From the NCBI RefSeq assembly GCF_009914755.1, contig NC_060931.1: 64,000 bases of DNA, one strand, 5' to 3'. The stretch's first letter is position 1. Every line of letters begins with the position of its first letter. A program made the translations under genes and the position numbers. The notes beneath the pieces were generated by a model. That model saw only the letters and a program-made list of their open reading frames with translations, searched no databases and was not told where the DNA came from. Positions 42,807-57,700 of this stretch are shown here, in pieces. This stretch comes from the human T2T-CHM13v2.0 reference genome, Homo sapiens.

Positions 42807-43199
42807 AATCCCATCAGGTTGAGGGTACTTTGCTGCAATTAAGCTTTCATAAGCATTCCATGGATAGAGTTCCCTTCAATCACCACAAATTGTATTAAAT
42901 GCATGCCATTAAAACAATGAAACAGATTTGAACAAGTTATTACTATTCTTTTATAAACTTCCATAAGCTGTCCCTAAAGGAACTATTTTTTCATCCCTTA
43001 AAGGAAAGGGGAGATTTTTTTTTAGTGTCTCTCATATATATAAAATAAACCAACCATGTAGATCAGTGTGGTAAGAGATTAGGTGAACCACACTTCACTC
43101 ACAACTTATGCTAAATCTACTGAGAATACAGAAATGAAAGATTTAAGTTCCTGCTTATCAGTGTCTCCCTTAAAGTTGTTCCAGGCTACTTTATTCATA

Positions 43200-44630
43200 C
43201 TTAGTATATTTTCTGAGTGCTTTACTTAACAACAACAAAACAAAAACAAAACAAATATAAAATACATGCTATAAAAAATACAAATCATAAATTTATAGTT
43301 TGATGAATTTTTATGACACGAACATATCCGTGTAACCATCACTCTGATCAAGAAATAGAAGCCAATAAGCTCCTTTGTTTCCCTTTCCAGTAAATAACAC
43401 CCTCCAACTAATCACTACCCTCAAAGCTACTGGCATGGATAAGTTGTGCTGGTGTTAGAATTTTGTAAGTAAGGAATCATATTCTATTTCACTGATTTAT
43501 TTCATTCATTATTTAACATTTTCTTTGTGAGATTTAGCCACACTGTTGGATATAGTAGAGGTTGGTTCTTTGCCACTGCTGGGTATTATTTCATGTATGA
43601 ATATATCACAATTCACATATCCATCTTCCATTGATGACCACTTAGGTTGTTTCCAGATTGGGGCTATCATGAATACTGCTGCTAAGAACATGCTTTGCAA
43701 ATCTTTTGGTGGACTTATATACATATTCATGAAGGGTGTATACCTTGGAATGGAATTGCTGAGTCATAGGTTATGTGCATGTTCACATTTAATAGGCAAA
43801 CCATTTCACAAAGTGGTTTCAAATTAATTATGCTCTCACCATGAGAAAGTTTGAATGTTTGTGTTCCCCCAAATTCATTACGTTGAAACCTAACCTCCAA
43901 AGTGATGGTTATTTATACTCTCAGCATGAGAATTCCATGAGATCTCAAATGCTTGGAGCTAACAAATAGTACTAGAGCCAATGAGAACTATTTCCCAACA
44001 TTGGAATGTGTTCACTGTCTTTCTAGTCTCTAGTATAGTGGTATTATTCTTCTTTAACTTTTGTAGGAATTCACTGGTGAAGCCATCTAGGTCTCATGGC
44101 TTTGCTATGGTCTGAATGTATGTGTTCTCCCCAAATTCACTGTGTTGAAACCTAACCTCCAAGGTGATGGTATTAAGAAGTAGGGCCTTTAGTGAGTGAT
44201 TAAATTATGAAGGTGGAGCCCTCATAGGTGAGATTGGTGCCCTTATAAGAAAGCTTGGGGTAACTAGCTATAGCTTGAGGTGACTAGCTAGTCCTTTTGC
44301 TCTTCTGCCTTCTGCCACACAGGGACACATAATTCATCCCTTCTGCCATGTGAAGTTACAATAACAAGGCGCCATCTTGGAAGCAAGGAGAGCAGCCCTC
44401 ACCAGATGCCAAATGCTGGCACCTTGAAATCAGACTTCCCAGCCTTCAGAACTGTGAGAAATAAATTTCTGTTATTTATAAACTACCCAGTCTAAGGTAT
44501 TTTGTTATGGCAACACAAATGGACTAAGATAGTTTCTTTGTGAAAAGGTTTCCAATTATAAATTCTATTTGAAAAATAAATATAGGACTACTTAAACTTT
44601 CAATTTCTTCTTATTTTAATCTTGGTAAGT
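43200..44630 (-). mobile_element. Old L1 (L1MB/MC/ME-type) fragments hosting a MaLR LTR
   Basis: ggttgtttccagattggggctatcatgaatactgctgct; ggaattcactggtgaagccatctagg. Confidence 0.75.
44103..44531 (+). mobile_element. MaLR solo LTR (MLT1A/MSTD-like)
   Basis: tgctatggtctgaatg...cagaactgtgagaaataaatttctgttatttataaactacccagtct...atggactaagata. Confidence 0.9.
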
Positions 44631-47584
44631 TCTGAGTGGTTCATTCTTTCAAGCCCCAAGCAGGAAATTCACTTATGTTATAATTTTGGGAAATAGATTC
44701 ATGCATTAAAAGTTAAAGTTTTGGGGACCATCCACTCATTTTGTAACTACTGTTTTTATATACTTGTGCCAAGTTTGTTATTTGGGTTCTACAAACAGGA
44801 GATAATATAATGTAAAACAGAAGGAATTTCATTTTTCCTGAGGCTGGCCTTGAAATGTATTCTTCACATGGCAAATACACATATGTCCCCCCCATCACCT
44901 GCTGCTCATTGTTCAGAGGGTATAAAGTCATTACTTTTATGGAAATATATAGGCATAGGATAATATAACAAACATCTTATAAAATAATGGCTAAAAAGCA
45001 CAAAAGGAAAGCACTGCATTCAGGGTTTCACTTTACCTGGGGAAGTTTAACTTGATGGACCCCAACAAATCTAAGAAAATCAGGTGAAAAGAAGGAGGTT
45101 CCTGAATCATGGGAATCTTAATGGAGTGAATCAACAAATGGCCACCTTGATGAAGCTACCTCAGTATGAATACCTGCTCAACTAGCAAGCTGAACTTCTC
45201 CTAACTTAATCTATTTCTTTTCAGTACAATAAGGTCATGTACTGCATGGTCTTGTGCTAAATCTCATACTACTGCTACTAACTTACATCCCTAAATGTGT
45301 CAACATGCTTTACCTTAGTGGTTCTCAAACACACCTGTACAGTTAAAATTCCTGGAAACTAATGGCCAAATCCCACCCTGAACAAACAAACTCAAACTTT
45401 CTGGTGAGGCGAAATGATATTTTTGAAGTCTGCACAATTGGCAATGTTTTGCTGTTCCTCATTTGGTCCTCATAGCAAAACTGCTAGGTCTAAGAGCAAA
45501 TACCATTATGCCTGTTGAACTGATGATTCTATAGAAAAATGACTTGCCTAAGGTCATAAAAATCATAAGCAGAAGAGTTAGAACCAGAACCCGGATTTTC
45601 TAAATCCTATTCTTCTACATGCTATCTTTATATAGGATAAACTGAAATTTGCAAAAAAGAAAGATATCTTTTTACCTAAAGTGTAAGAAGAGTAGAATAG
45701 AACAACAACAAAAAAACATTCAAAAGCCTTAAATATGTGCCAAACTGAAAAGAACATGAATATCAGACTTTGAATTAAGGACACTCTATGACAGAAATTG
45801 AAATTAAATGAAGCTGATTATTCATTCAAATGGATAAACTTCCTTCTGCCTTATAGATGGAATAAAGAAATTTTAGAAAAAAAGTGATTTCTATTATGCA
45901 GAAAAGTATATGAGATGTAAACAAATGATGCATAAGCCTGTAGAAAAAGACTGACAGATCAGTAAATGTGTGGATAAATACTGGGACTGTGGATGTAATG
46001 CTGAAAATTAAATTAGGAATTGCTGAGGATAAATGTCCCTTCAAAAATTAAAAATGCATATTGAAGGCATAAGAGTATAGTGATAAAGAGGAATAAACAA
46101 AAAAGAGAACAAAATCAAACAAGTTCATAGTAAACAGGCACCGATACACATCACTATCCTTAAGAATTCGCCAGAAGCAAAAATGTCACTGTCATACCCA
46201 CAGTAGGGGCTGGAGGAGTAACTGCTGAAGGTGGCAAATCAAGAATAGAACTCTCTGGTCAGTTTCTATTACTATGTTTAACTGAGCAACATTTTCCTCA
46301 AGTGTTCTTATATTCTATTTCAATATAAAAAACATATAACTTCACGAGACAAATCTCATAAGCTTTGTCAGTATCAGCACAAGGGTGATTTGTAAAATCT
46401 TCAATGTTTTGGTTCATTTCACTACTATGACATGCCAAACTAGCTGCTCACACGTTATACTACTAAAGATAATAAAATCCAAAACAATTCTCATTTATTT
46501 CCCCTCTCTCTCCCTCTTTATTTATTTTGCCATTTTGTCTGTGAAAATCACACTTATCTGTAAAGGGAATCCCTCGGCTTTTGGGAAGAGCTCATCTGAG
46601 ATAAGAATCACATAATTAAAGGTTACGAGAGAGGACCCTTTTGAAAATGGTATCTCCTGTAGTAGCCCTAACAACTACCCTGAACCTGCTAAAAAAAAAT
46701 ACCTAATGAAGAAAAAGAGAAAATTCCTAACAATGAGCCATAGAACCAAGCTCCTGCAAAGTCCTGGGAGAATTCTCATTAGCTACAAACCAGAGAGCCA
46801 TGTGAGTACCTTAGAAGTATGTGGTACATGTTTTGTTACCCGAAATAGAGGAAACCTACCCTCATGAAACAGTAAGGGATGTAATCATTCTCCACTTTAG
46901 CATGAAACTCTATGTATTTGCCAACCAGAACACTGGGCAACAGCCCTGATGCAGAGAAATGAGGACGGAGGTGGCCAGAGTACTATATGACCTTCCCAGT
47001 TAGACTTCCCTTGTAACAGCCTCTCTCAAACTTCTGCTTCCAAACAACACATTAAAAATCAGAATAGGGTGGACATGTGAACTGTCATTATACCTCCAGT
47101 GGTAGCTAAAGGGACTCTGGCAGTCAAGATTGCTGGTTTTCATACTCTCCACCCAGGCTGACTAACAGAGACCAGAGAGTGATGACAGAAGCCTCTAGTT
47201 CCCCCCAGGGAGCTGCCTTCATTTAGTTACGGGAAACTGAGCTCATTTTAGGGTCCCTGTTGCTGAACTAAGGGGATTCTAAAATACCCAAAACAGTAAC
47301 AAGGGCAAGTTAGACATTGAATCTGTTTGCTAACCCAGGTTGAGGAAGAGATCTGCCTGTTCTGGAATGGATAAACAAATCAAACAAAAACATAGCCAAG
47401 GTCTATTAAAAAAGTCCTGCAGAACATTCCAAAGATTCAAAGGGAGAAAAACCATGCTTTAAGAAATATCTTAATATTAACCAGAAACCAAAGAAAAAAC
47501 TAGAAAACTGTTTGGCAACCACAACAAGAAGATCAGACCTCTAAGAACCTGGAGCAGAAAAACAGGAAGATGACGACAATGATT

Positions 47585-48170
<586 letters not shown>

Positions 48171-48179
48171 AAAAAGTTC

Positions 48180-49460
48180 TAATTTTTAAAAAATTAAATA
48201 TATATCAGGCTGATATGAAAACAGAATTGGGAAAGATTTCAGACAAATTAAAAATGCAAAATGCAATAAAAATCTACTCCAGGAAGCAGTAAGACACAAA
48301 ACTGACTTTGGAAGAAAAGTGAATCAGAGAAGGGAATAAACAAGTAGAGGAACTCTCCCTGACTACACAGAAATAAAAGGCTAAAAATGAGAAAGCAAAG
48401 TATATGTGTGAGACGTCACACAATATGAATGAACAATTTTCTATACAACCTATGTATTGCCAAAAGGAGGAGAAGGGTAAATAGTGCTTAATCATTCACC
48501 CTCTTGCCTTGAAAAGTTCAGGTACAATAATGGGAGACAGGAAGAGGCCAGACTGCAATGGATTAAAAATGAATGGTTAGCAATAAAAACAATTAATACA
48601 TAACTGACAGCTTACCATATCCCCTGCACCTCACAACACTCCTCAGGGGCCTCCCACTGCCAAGATGGGGAGAGGGAGGCACTGCCAGGCCAGCAACATG
48701 CCCAACTTCACACACCAAGTGGGAATGCCAGCCCAGGCAGCTGGAATACAGAGCTATGCTCCTAGCCTCTAAGCGATATTGCCTTCAGCTTTATATTACT
48801 GAATTTCTTTGAAGAAATGAAAACAAATGCAACTGAGGCAATCATCAAAATTATAACCGAACTAAACTTTTCTGAAATGAAAACAATACTTCAGTGTATG
48901 GATCAAAAGGACTGACGGTACTCCAGAAAAAATTAATGAAAAGAGACCAGAACTAGACATAACTTAGCAAACTGAATTACACAGACCATTTATTACTGTT
49001 GTTGTTCTTGTTGTAATTATTATTATTAGTCCAAGTTCCAAGGCAGGACCAAAAAAAAAATTGTAAAGGTTTTAGAAAAGAACAAAAGTAGGCTGGTTTC
49101 AGACATGTCTACACAAATAAATGTCAGAAAAAAGGGAGCAACATCTCCAAAATTTTGAGAAAAAATATTCCAACCCAGAATTTTATACTATAGTTTACAT
49201 ATGAAAGCAACATATGCAAGAAATCCCAAAATAAACCTTGTATGTACTTATCCTAAAAGTTTTCTAGAAACATATGCCAGTAAACTGAAACTGAACACAC
49301 ACACACACACACGCACACATACGATATGTGTGTCTCAAAATGTAGAACTGCAGAAAAGTCATGACAAAAAAAGATTGAAAATGAGCACCAGCTGAATAAA
49401 CGGTGTAAATTTTAAACAACTGCTGGAATTATGACTTGAAAACTGAATGCAAATATCAAA
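48180..49460 (+). mobile_element. Highly diverged L1 ORF1/HAL1-like fragments
   Basis: A-rich; aaaattttgagaaaaaatattccaacccagaattttata resembles L1 ORF1 3' sequence. Confidence 0.45.
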
Positions 49461-51306
49461 GGTTATCCTTGAAATAACCCTAATAAATAATTATTTATCT
49501 AGGAACCTTAACACACTGAAGAAAGGAAAAAATACCCACAAAACCTATTTAAAGATGCATTAGATTTAGATATCTGGAATGTGTTTGTGTAATGTCTTTA
49601 TATTTCTATCATCACCAACCACTTTACCAGATCATTCTATACTAGCTTCTCAATTTTCACAATACTGACTAACCCATGGTAAGGGGGTAGCTTACATGTA
49701 ATTATGTGTACTAAAAGATTTACTTTCAATTCTACCAATGTTAATAAAAATACGGGAAGATTATTTCCAAAAATATATCATGGTTCCACACTAAAATAGG
49801 CAGCTATAAATTTTACCAAAATAGGAAACCAAAGGTGTTTGACAAGAAGGGTACCATGAGATAATCTGAGGTTCATCTTATCCACCAGATGGAGTAGCTA
49901 ACATATTCCACTTTGGTGCATTAAATAACAATTCTTCAACATTTAAAGCTCTGAAAATTCCTAGATGAAGTATTTAGTAAAAATTCGTTTCCAATTTTTA
50001 ATAAAAATGAGTACTATCTTTCAACAAATTAGTTCGGTTAAACTGATTACAGCCCAAAAGGAATTTCTCACCTTTAAGAAAACAAAATGAAGATTATCTT
50101 TCTTTACAAATACATGAACACAAAAAATGTTTCAGCGGTGTGGATAATTCTTCTCCATTTCTGCACAAACCAACTCCTCCTTCATCTCTCTCTGATAATC
50201 ATGACAATCTCAGAATTTCTGAAAGTACTGTAAAATTTGACAGTGCTTTTTGAAAAGCACTAGTGTTCCAATTACTGTTTCAAAAGACTCTTTGGGCAAC
50301 ATTAGGCTTAGATATATAAAATGCATTCTTGTATGTCAAGAGACTTCATGTTGCTTTTTGTTAACAGATTAAATGGGTATATCTCTTTTACACCGGGTAT
50401 ACTGTTTTTAATTTACCCATCTTAATGGCCCACTGAATTTAGGGCACACAATAAATACAAAATTAGATTAGGAAATCTGCTTTACTCAGTAAGGAATATG
50501 TAAAGATCTATAATGATTCTTAATGCACTCTCTCAAACTGTTATTTTAGAAAAGTAGCTTAAATACACTGTGCATTAGGATTTTATCATTGCAAACCAAC
50601 ATTAGAAAAGATTTCCATCGACTTAAAAACAAAAAAGACATTCTTATAAGTGGAAAATCAATCACCACAACCATTAAATGTCACAGCTCAACATCAGCAA
50701 GAAGCACTGATAATTGTTAGTTATACACTGCACAAATGATGTATGTCCTTGGTCGAGGAAGTAGGCGCCAGGTTTTTAGAAAACTGTACATATATTGATT
50801 TTACATTTATTTAATGTGGCCATTGTAAGACACTTTATTCTTCTGATAAACTATGATTGCTTATCAAAAGATTCTATAATTCAAGAGAAACATTCATAAC
50901 TTGTGTGTGAAAATGAAAACCACTGGCCCACAGAAATCATGCCCACAAAATCCAATTTTGTGGATTTATGGCAGAAAGACATTAAACTACTGTCTTGCAG
51001 GAACTGCAGACTAGTCACTGAAGCAGAAGTGGCACGGTAGTAATGATTAAGGTGACACGTCACCCTGCCACAGCTGTTAATCAGCTTAATACTAGTTACA
51101 TTATTGACATTCTTGTAATTACTTTTCCTAAGGCACATTTGTGCAAAATATATTTTACTTTAATTATGACCAATCAGAAGCAAGTTCAATACTCAGAAAG
51201 AATAATCAAGATTGTCTTAATGCAGTTATATAGTAAGCAAGGTGCTGTTCCGATCACCTGGGGCTGGCGCCACAGAACTCTCTGCATGACCACATCTTTG
51301 CCATAC

Positions 51307-51381
51307 CTTGCCATCCTCTGAACACACACCCATGTGCTCTCCACTTTCATCCAAGCTAATCTGATTTATCTTCACAGGACT
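51307..51381 (-). CDS. VPS41: VPS41 coding exon (probably exon 5), 75 nt, SPVKINQISLDESGEHMGVCSEDGK
   Basis: Translation matches recalled human VPS41. Acceptor ctttttcttttag, donor AAG|gtatgg, phase 0 at both ends. Confidence 0.96.
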
Positions 51382-52344
51382 CTAAAAAGAAAAAGACAAA
51401 AAGATGTGTAAAACTTCAGGAAAATATATATCAACAATCAATGTCTTTGCTCTTTGTAAAATAGTAAGCTCTTTGTTTTCTTCTTAAATAATGACAGTTT
51501 CCAACTATCTTACACAAAGCACAGTAGAAACTATGAGAAGAAAAGTAAGCCTACGGCAGCTACAACATGAGCTTGCAGAGTAGTTTTTAAAAAATATTTA
51601 GCCTTAAAATGGTTTGGCTTGATGATAAAATAAATGGAAATATGCAAAGTTGAATGTGGGATCTTCAACTGAAAAATATCTCAGATCAAGTAGGCAAAGG
51701 TCAGGGCAGACCAAGGCTCCCAGACCTCAAAAAGGCCACCCACTGATTGATGCTATGGAAAGACATTTTGACATGGAGGATGAGACTCCTGGCTACAAAA
51801 TCCTTTCTCATCTTGATCCCTAAATCACCACACGAGCGACACCCCTGAAATGCAGTCCATGAAAAATCAGCTAGCTCCTTAAAGTTCCTAGAATGTTAGA
51901 AGAGTAAAGGTTCCTTGAAGATAGATATTTGATCCATTTTGTAGAAGAATAAACTGAAGCTCATAGCAGGGAATCAAAACAGAGAAAAGAGAGGAGCCAG
52001 GGCTACAACCTGGGAGGAGTGAAGAATACTGCACTGGCAGCAAGGAATCTACAAAGAAAGCAAAAGCTGATCTGGGAAAGCACCTAGGCCAGCATGTCTG
52101 GACTTCCGGCTGAGAAGTCTAAATGTTCAACTTCTATAGTCTTTGAATAAATTCCTTCCTCAAATTGAATATCTTCTGTTAATAGTTTACTTATTCAGAT
52201 CTTGAGTTCATCAAACTACATTTTTTTAAATATCGATTTTAGTCTTGGCAAATATAAACTGCACCTACCTCTGATTGTAATTTCTTTGGCATCTGGTTGT
52301 AAGCTGCCTCAAATTATAATTTAGTAAGTGTGTGCAGCCTAGGT

Positions 52345-52530
52345 TTCCTGTCCAATATGGTACTGTCCACATGCAGCCTTTAAAACTGAAAGTTAAATTA
52401 AAATTCGATAAATCAGATCCTCTGCTGCACTAACACATGCCAAGTGTTCAACGACTACATGTGACTAGTACTGGAAAGCATACAGATCACAGAACATCAT
52501 CACTGCAGTAAGTTCTACTGGAGAGCGTTG
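52345..52530 (-). mobile_element. MER3 hAT-Charlie MITE
   Basis: ctgtccaatatggta...caagtgttcaacgactacatgtgactagt...aagttctactggagagcgttg. Confidence 0.8.
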
Positions 52531-53359
52531 TTCTGTGCTCAGAAAACTGAGATCCAATAATGAAAGTAACTAAGACATCAAGCCTTCTTTACAAAGCTCT
52601 TCTTTACTGCAAGTTACACTTAGTAGATTTTCCTTCTATATACACGTTTATGTAATTTGTTCTTGGACTCTGGTATTGAAAAGCTCATGGCCTATCCTAA
52701 TATTCTGTAAATCACATTATATCATTTGCAAAGACCTGGCATACACAAGATCTGTTATTCAACCCCAGAGGAAAGCAGTCAGCTAAGGCTGGTTATCTCC
52801 ATCTCACAATGAGGAAAATGAGGCTTCAAGAATTTATGTGAGTGGTCTAAAGCCACAGTGCTACTAAGGGCTATGTATGTCACACAATAGCATTCCAAGT
52901 GCAAATAAACGAAGTTTCCATTACAACATGTTTCTCACTGAATGGAAACCATTTGTGCCATCACATTAGCAACATTATGGGGGAAAAAAATCATACCTCT
53001 AAGGTAAGATAATCCTTTTTCCCACGTACCTCTATTAGCAATAGAAGGGTTTTTTTTCACTTTTTTTTCTGCCAACAATCAATATTCATTGATTCATTTC
53101 CCTGACTACTAATAAACTTAACCATTTTTCTTAAGTCTATTGACCAATTAATTTGATCTTCTGTAAACTGCTTGTTCACTTCTCTTACTCATTTTTTTCT
53201 ATTAACATGTTTGTTGTTTTGTCAATCTATAAGAGCTCTTTTCTATTTTTAGGGTACGAGGTATATTTATCCAGATATTGTATATACAGTCTCCTATTTT
53301 TTTGCATGATGGTTATTACTTTATTTCTTATATTTAAGTCTTTTACATTTCAGAATTCA

Positions 53360-53542
53360 TTTTCTTTCTTTCTTTTTTTTTTTTTTTTTTTGAGACAGAT
53401 TCTAGCTCTGTCACCAGGCTACAGTGCAGCGGCACGATCTCAGCTCACTGCAACCTCGCCTCCCGGGTTCAAGTGATTTTCCTGCCTCAGCCTCCCGAGT
53501 AGCTGGGATTACAGGCACGTGCCACCACGTCCAGCTAATTTT
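53360..53542 (-). mobile_element. 5'-truncated Alu (right arm), within an old antisense L1 fragment (~53020-53720)
   Basis: Poly-T, then gagacagattctagctctgtcaccaggct...ccagctaatttt. Confidence 0.9.
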
Positions 53543-53719
53543 CACATAACATTCTGAGTTTTCAGTTGTGGTCTCTTTGTCCATTTCTGTATCAATTCAG
53601 CATTGATTTAATTATAGAGGGTGTACATAGTATGTTCTGATATCTAGTAAGTCTCAGTCACAACTTTTCACATTTTCTTTGGCTTTTCTCAAGTATTTAT
53701 TCTTGTAAATTTTGAGATC

Positions 53720-54795
53720 AAATGACCCCAATGTTGCTAAACATAATGGTCCTTGTTCAATCCTAACTTACTTCACCTAATTGGAGCACGTAGCACCACT
53801 GGTAATTCCTGACTTCCATATCTCATGGTTCAGTCCTTGCACCTCTTCTTTTTTACATCTATACTCAAAACATAGTATTTTCTCCAGGCCATGGAATGAC
53901 TCCTACATTTTTATCTCCAGGCAGGGCCTCTCCCTATTGCAGACCAGTATCTAAGATGGTTTCTTTTATATCTGTACTTGGATGCCTAATATGCACCTCA
54001 TCTAAAACATATCCAAAACCAAGATCCCAATATTCCCTCTGGAAAGGGCTCTTCCTGATGGTTTCCCCACCTCAGTTAATGCCTTCTGCTTACCTTTTTC
54101 TAGTTGATCTGGGTAAAAACTTTCAAGCTACTTTTGATTCCTGTCTTTATGTCCACTCTATATCTAATCTTTCACAACTCCTATCACCTCTTCTGATGAA
54201 ATTTATTCAGACTCGGACCACATTTCACCACCCCTACAGCTGCTATCCTGGTCCATCATTCTCATATGGATTACCCTAATGGTCTCCTAACTAGGTGACT
54301 TTCTCCTGCCCTAACTCTACTAGAAATCTATTCTCAGCAAGCCTGCACAGTGACACTATGTTAACAGGTTGATAAGAGACACTCCTTTGCTTAAAACCCT
54401 CCAATGGCCTCCTATCTCAAGAAATAAGCCAAGATTTTTACTACGACCTGACAGTCCTAAATTATCTGGCCTTTGCCCTCCCTCCAACTTCTGACCTCAT
54501 CCCCTCTTCCCCTGGTTCTCTCTACTCCAGTCCTGATGACCTTTTGCTGCTTTTCCAGCCTTAAGGCCTTTCCATTTGTCCACCCTCTGCCTGGAATGCC
54601 TTTCTGCCTACTCTGTGCTGGTAATCATCTTCTCAGTGAGATCTGGCCAACCAATCTAAAAAGTCAACATTTTACCCAAACATTTCATAACTCCTCATTG
54701 CTTTTGTTTTGTCTCCTTAGCACTTGCCACTATCTTAGTGTATCTTTTACTTATTTGTTTTCAAACTCACTCACTAGAATATTAACTTCATGAGA
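53720..54795 (+). mobile_element. L2 fragment
   Basis: actcctttgcttaaaaccctccaatggc; ccctctgcctggaatgcc. Confidence 0.8.
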
Positions 54796-54799
54796 GAAT

Positions 54800-57700
54800 G
54801 TTCAAAGAATAAAAAATTCCAATTCAACATAAATTCTTGCAGAGAAAAAAAATAAAAAGGAAATGCTCCTCAACCCATTTTACCAGACCAGGATAACCTT
54901 ATAATAATAAAACTCAATAAGAATATTAGGAGAAAGAAAAAGTACAAGTAAATCTTACCCACAAACATAAATGAAAAAATCCTAAAGAAACAATTAACAA
55001 AGCCAGCCTATAGAGAAAATCCAAGTTTATTCCAAAAATACAAAGCTGATTTAACCTATAAACGCTAATTTTCTATATTGATAAAAGAGAAAAATCATAG
55101 AATTATCTCAAGGGCTACAAAAAGTTTTTGATGAAACTCAATATCCATTCATGGTATTTAAAAAAAAAAAAACTTTTTTAGCACACAAGGAGAAAAATTC
55201 CTCAGTCTCTTAAAGAATATCTTCTGAATGGTTAGGAAAATATTGCACTTAATGGTAAGATGTTGAGAGCTCTCCCTTTGTTATCTTTGTAATATTGAAT
55301 CTTTTAATCCGCAAACATGGAACATTTCTCCATTTATTTAGGTCTTCTTCAGTATCTCTAAATAAAGTTTTATATGTTTCCCCTGAGAAGTCTTAATATT
55401 CCTTTGACAGTTTTATTCAAGGAGCAGCAATCACAGAAAGCATCCTTTCCTCATTCCTGACAAGTATTGTGTGATTCCATTTACATAACACACAAAAATA
55501 GGCAAAACCAGAGTGTGTAGGGGGAGCACACACAGGTTGTAAAATAAAACGGAGAAGTCAGAGAGTTATTACTATAAAGGTCAGTATAGTGGTTACCTCT
55601 GAGGGGAAGAGAGAACACTGTGATTAGGAAGAGTCACATGGTTTACTCTCAACAGAGTGGTAGTTTTGTGACTGTTAGCATGGTGATGATCTGTTTTACT
55701 ACACGTTTTATGTAAAGTTACATTTCACAAATAAACATTAAAAATTTAAGAAGATCAAAAAGAACTGGCCCAGGAAAATGTCTGAGATCGACATCTTTAA
55801 TGGGTTATTTCTTAAATTTTGAGATTTTTTTTTCATTTTTTTTCCACTTTAATTGTCAAGCTACTCAAATGTTCTCATTCTAATCTGGTCATTCATATTT
55901 TCCAAGAAAAAAAAATAGCACATTTTAAATTCATCAGTGATGAAAATATCTTTTATTTTACTTTTTGTTCGTTCACTGTTTTAATAATACTGATGATATT
56001 AATACTACTAAGAATAAATAGTAAAACTATTACTACTAAGTTAATATTTACTATACGGTCATTATACACCAGGCTCTATTCTATGAGTTTTATACATACA
56101 TCATTTAATACATCAATTCTATAAGGTAGGTACTACTACTTTTCCTATTTCATATTTGCAAATATACAGATATCTTACAGGTATAAGTACTTGTGTTTCC
56201 TTTTTTTCTTTGATTATCATTATCAGGTGTTTATCAGCTGTACTAGCCTCTTTGCAGAAACTCAACAATTCACTTTATTTTAAAATTTTTCTATTTTATT
56301 AATTTCTTACTATTATTCCTTAATTTTTTCCCTTTTTACTTTAGAACAATTTTGTTCACCATCTTGTAATTTCCAGACATTAATATACTGCCTAATAATT
56401 ATAATGACTCATTTGTCAGTCATATAATAAAATGCTTTTGATTTATCATTGGTCAAAAACCAAAGGACAAAAGTTAATGTGTAATTACAGTAATTATTTC
56501 CTTTTTGAGAAAAGTAACATTTTGTTTCATTTCCAAGGATGGTGATGTTGTATTTGCCCATTAATCTAGTTATTAATAAAGTCTAGTGTGGATGCATTGT
56601 GGTCTGAGAATGTGGTTTGTATAATATCTATTTTTAGAAATTTAATAATTTGTCTTTGTAAACCTAAGACATAATTTCAAAATAATTCATATTCTCTATT
56701 TTAGGCTCAAAATATGTATTTTAAAATCATGCTATTTATATTATTTAATTTCTCTATATATTTACTGTTTTCTCTTTCATCTATCAAAGACTGATTAAAA
56801 ACAAGTTTCAAAAACTTCATACTCCAATTATAGTTTTGTTCATTTATCCTTGAATTTCAAATGAATTTTGGTCCAGATACTAGATGCCCTATAATTTGGC
56901 ATATCAAAGGGTATAATGATTATACTCAATCTTCCTTTTAACTTGTAAATGTAATCAATATACTATGCCTTCTGCTGGTTAATGCTCTTTTGCCCTAAAT
57001 TCTAGTTTTTATCACATTTCTACTACCAACACGCTTGATTTCTGTTTGGCTTTTTACTGTGTATTTTGCTCACATTTTTATTTTTCACTTTCTCATTTTG
57101 TAAAATATGTGTCCTTCAAAGCTAAGGTTATTTTTCTTTAATCAATATAACAATATCTGATCCATTTAGCATTGGCTTAGTTACATTATTTTATAGTTTT
57201 TATGTTTCCCCATTTCATTTTTTATTATTTGCTATATTACTCAAATTCTTTTTCTTTTCTATCCAACAATTAGATGCTGTTGATCTACTTTTATCTTATT
57301 CGCAATTACCTTTAAATTATTATAAATTATACTTGATTTATGCCTCCCCAAAATCAATGCAATCACATTATTTAGTACTTAATTATTTACTACAGTCTTC
57401 CCTTCTCTGTTTCAAAGTGAAAGTATAAATATTTCCCATTTCTTGGGTCACTTTAAAGAGAATTGGAGAGAAAAGCTAGTTAATACATCAGTAAAAACTG
57501 CAGTCTTAAGCTATATTAGTTCTAAGAATGAATCCAGGAGCAGAAACTATTTTACTTTTGAGATGTCCATAATTTTTAAACTGATTTATAAGAAGTAATT
57601 ATAGGTAAAGGATATTTACCCCATGTCATGCAGACTGCAAACATCTTTGTACCTTATTACACATTTTAAATTTTTATTTGGAGTGATTTTTGAAGAAATT

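Noticed and set aside
50242-50261. Inverted repeat agtgctttt-tg-aaaagcact
   Set aside because: A 9-bp AT-rich stem is expected by chance in 64 kb.
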